Assembly: GCA_014729775.1 (NCBI GenBank)
Contig: WJJJ01000011.1
Location: 4,606-68,605 of the forward strand
Source: Candidatus Omnitrophota bacterium
GTDB lineage: Bacteria > Omnitrophota > Gorgyraeia > Duberdicusellales > 4484-171
DNA length: 64,000 nt
Direction of reading: 5' to 3'
The notes beneath the pieces are model-generated. The model saw only the letters and a list, made by a program, of their open reading frames with translations. It searched no databases and was not told where the DNA came from. The first letter of the stretch is position 1; each line of letters begins with the position of its first letter. Positions 63,999 through 64,000 of the stretch are shown in pieces. The translations under genes were made by a program, and so were the position numbers.

Positions 63999-64000
63999 CA

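Overview
Gene-dense, mostly plus-strand housekeeping region of a bacterial chromosome. Gene content and order suggest a diderm anaerobe, probably Candidatus Omnitrophota (PVC); this is an inference. Contents in order: accB/accC; an argFGH-lysA-dapFAB-dapL-folK-panC-nadX biosynthetic run; uvrA; a TPR/ExbB/ExbD/TonB-like cluster; RNA-modification genes; priA-fmt; ligA; a pilin-like gene and a CHASE2/HD-GYP gene; yebC-ruvC-ruvA-scpB; metK-ahcY-pfkA-aldolase-ilvD; mreBCD-mrdA-rodA with a radical SAM pair; a minus-strand speD-speE-speD-like operon; an MFS transporter; rnfCDGEAB-rseC-purN; and, at the right end, a TPR lipoprotein and a partial FtsH-like gene. There are four tRNAs (Ala-CGC, Ile2-CAT, Val-CAC, Thr-CGT). 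No CRISPR array, integrase or transposase was seen. The most unusual feature is a 198-bp, highly base-paired non-coding element lying between tRNA-Thr and an exact 26-bp duplicate of that tRNA's T-arm/acceptor end, followed by a heptamer-built inverted repeat. Also notable: a second SpeD-like paralog (possible ornithine/arginine decarboxylase), a PriA with degenerate ATPase motifs, and a cryptic TonB/TolA-like protein. All calls come from reading motifs by eye; no database search or folding was run.
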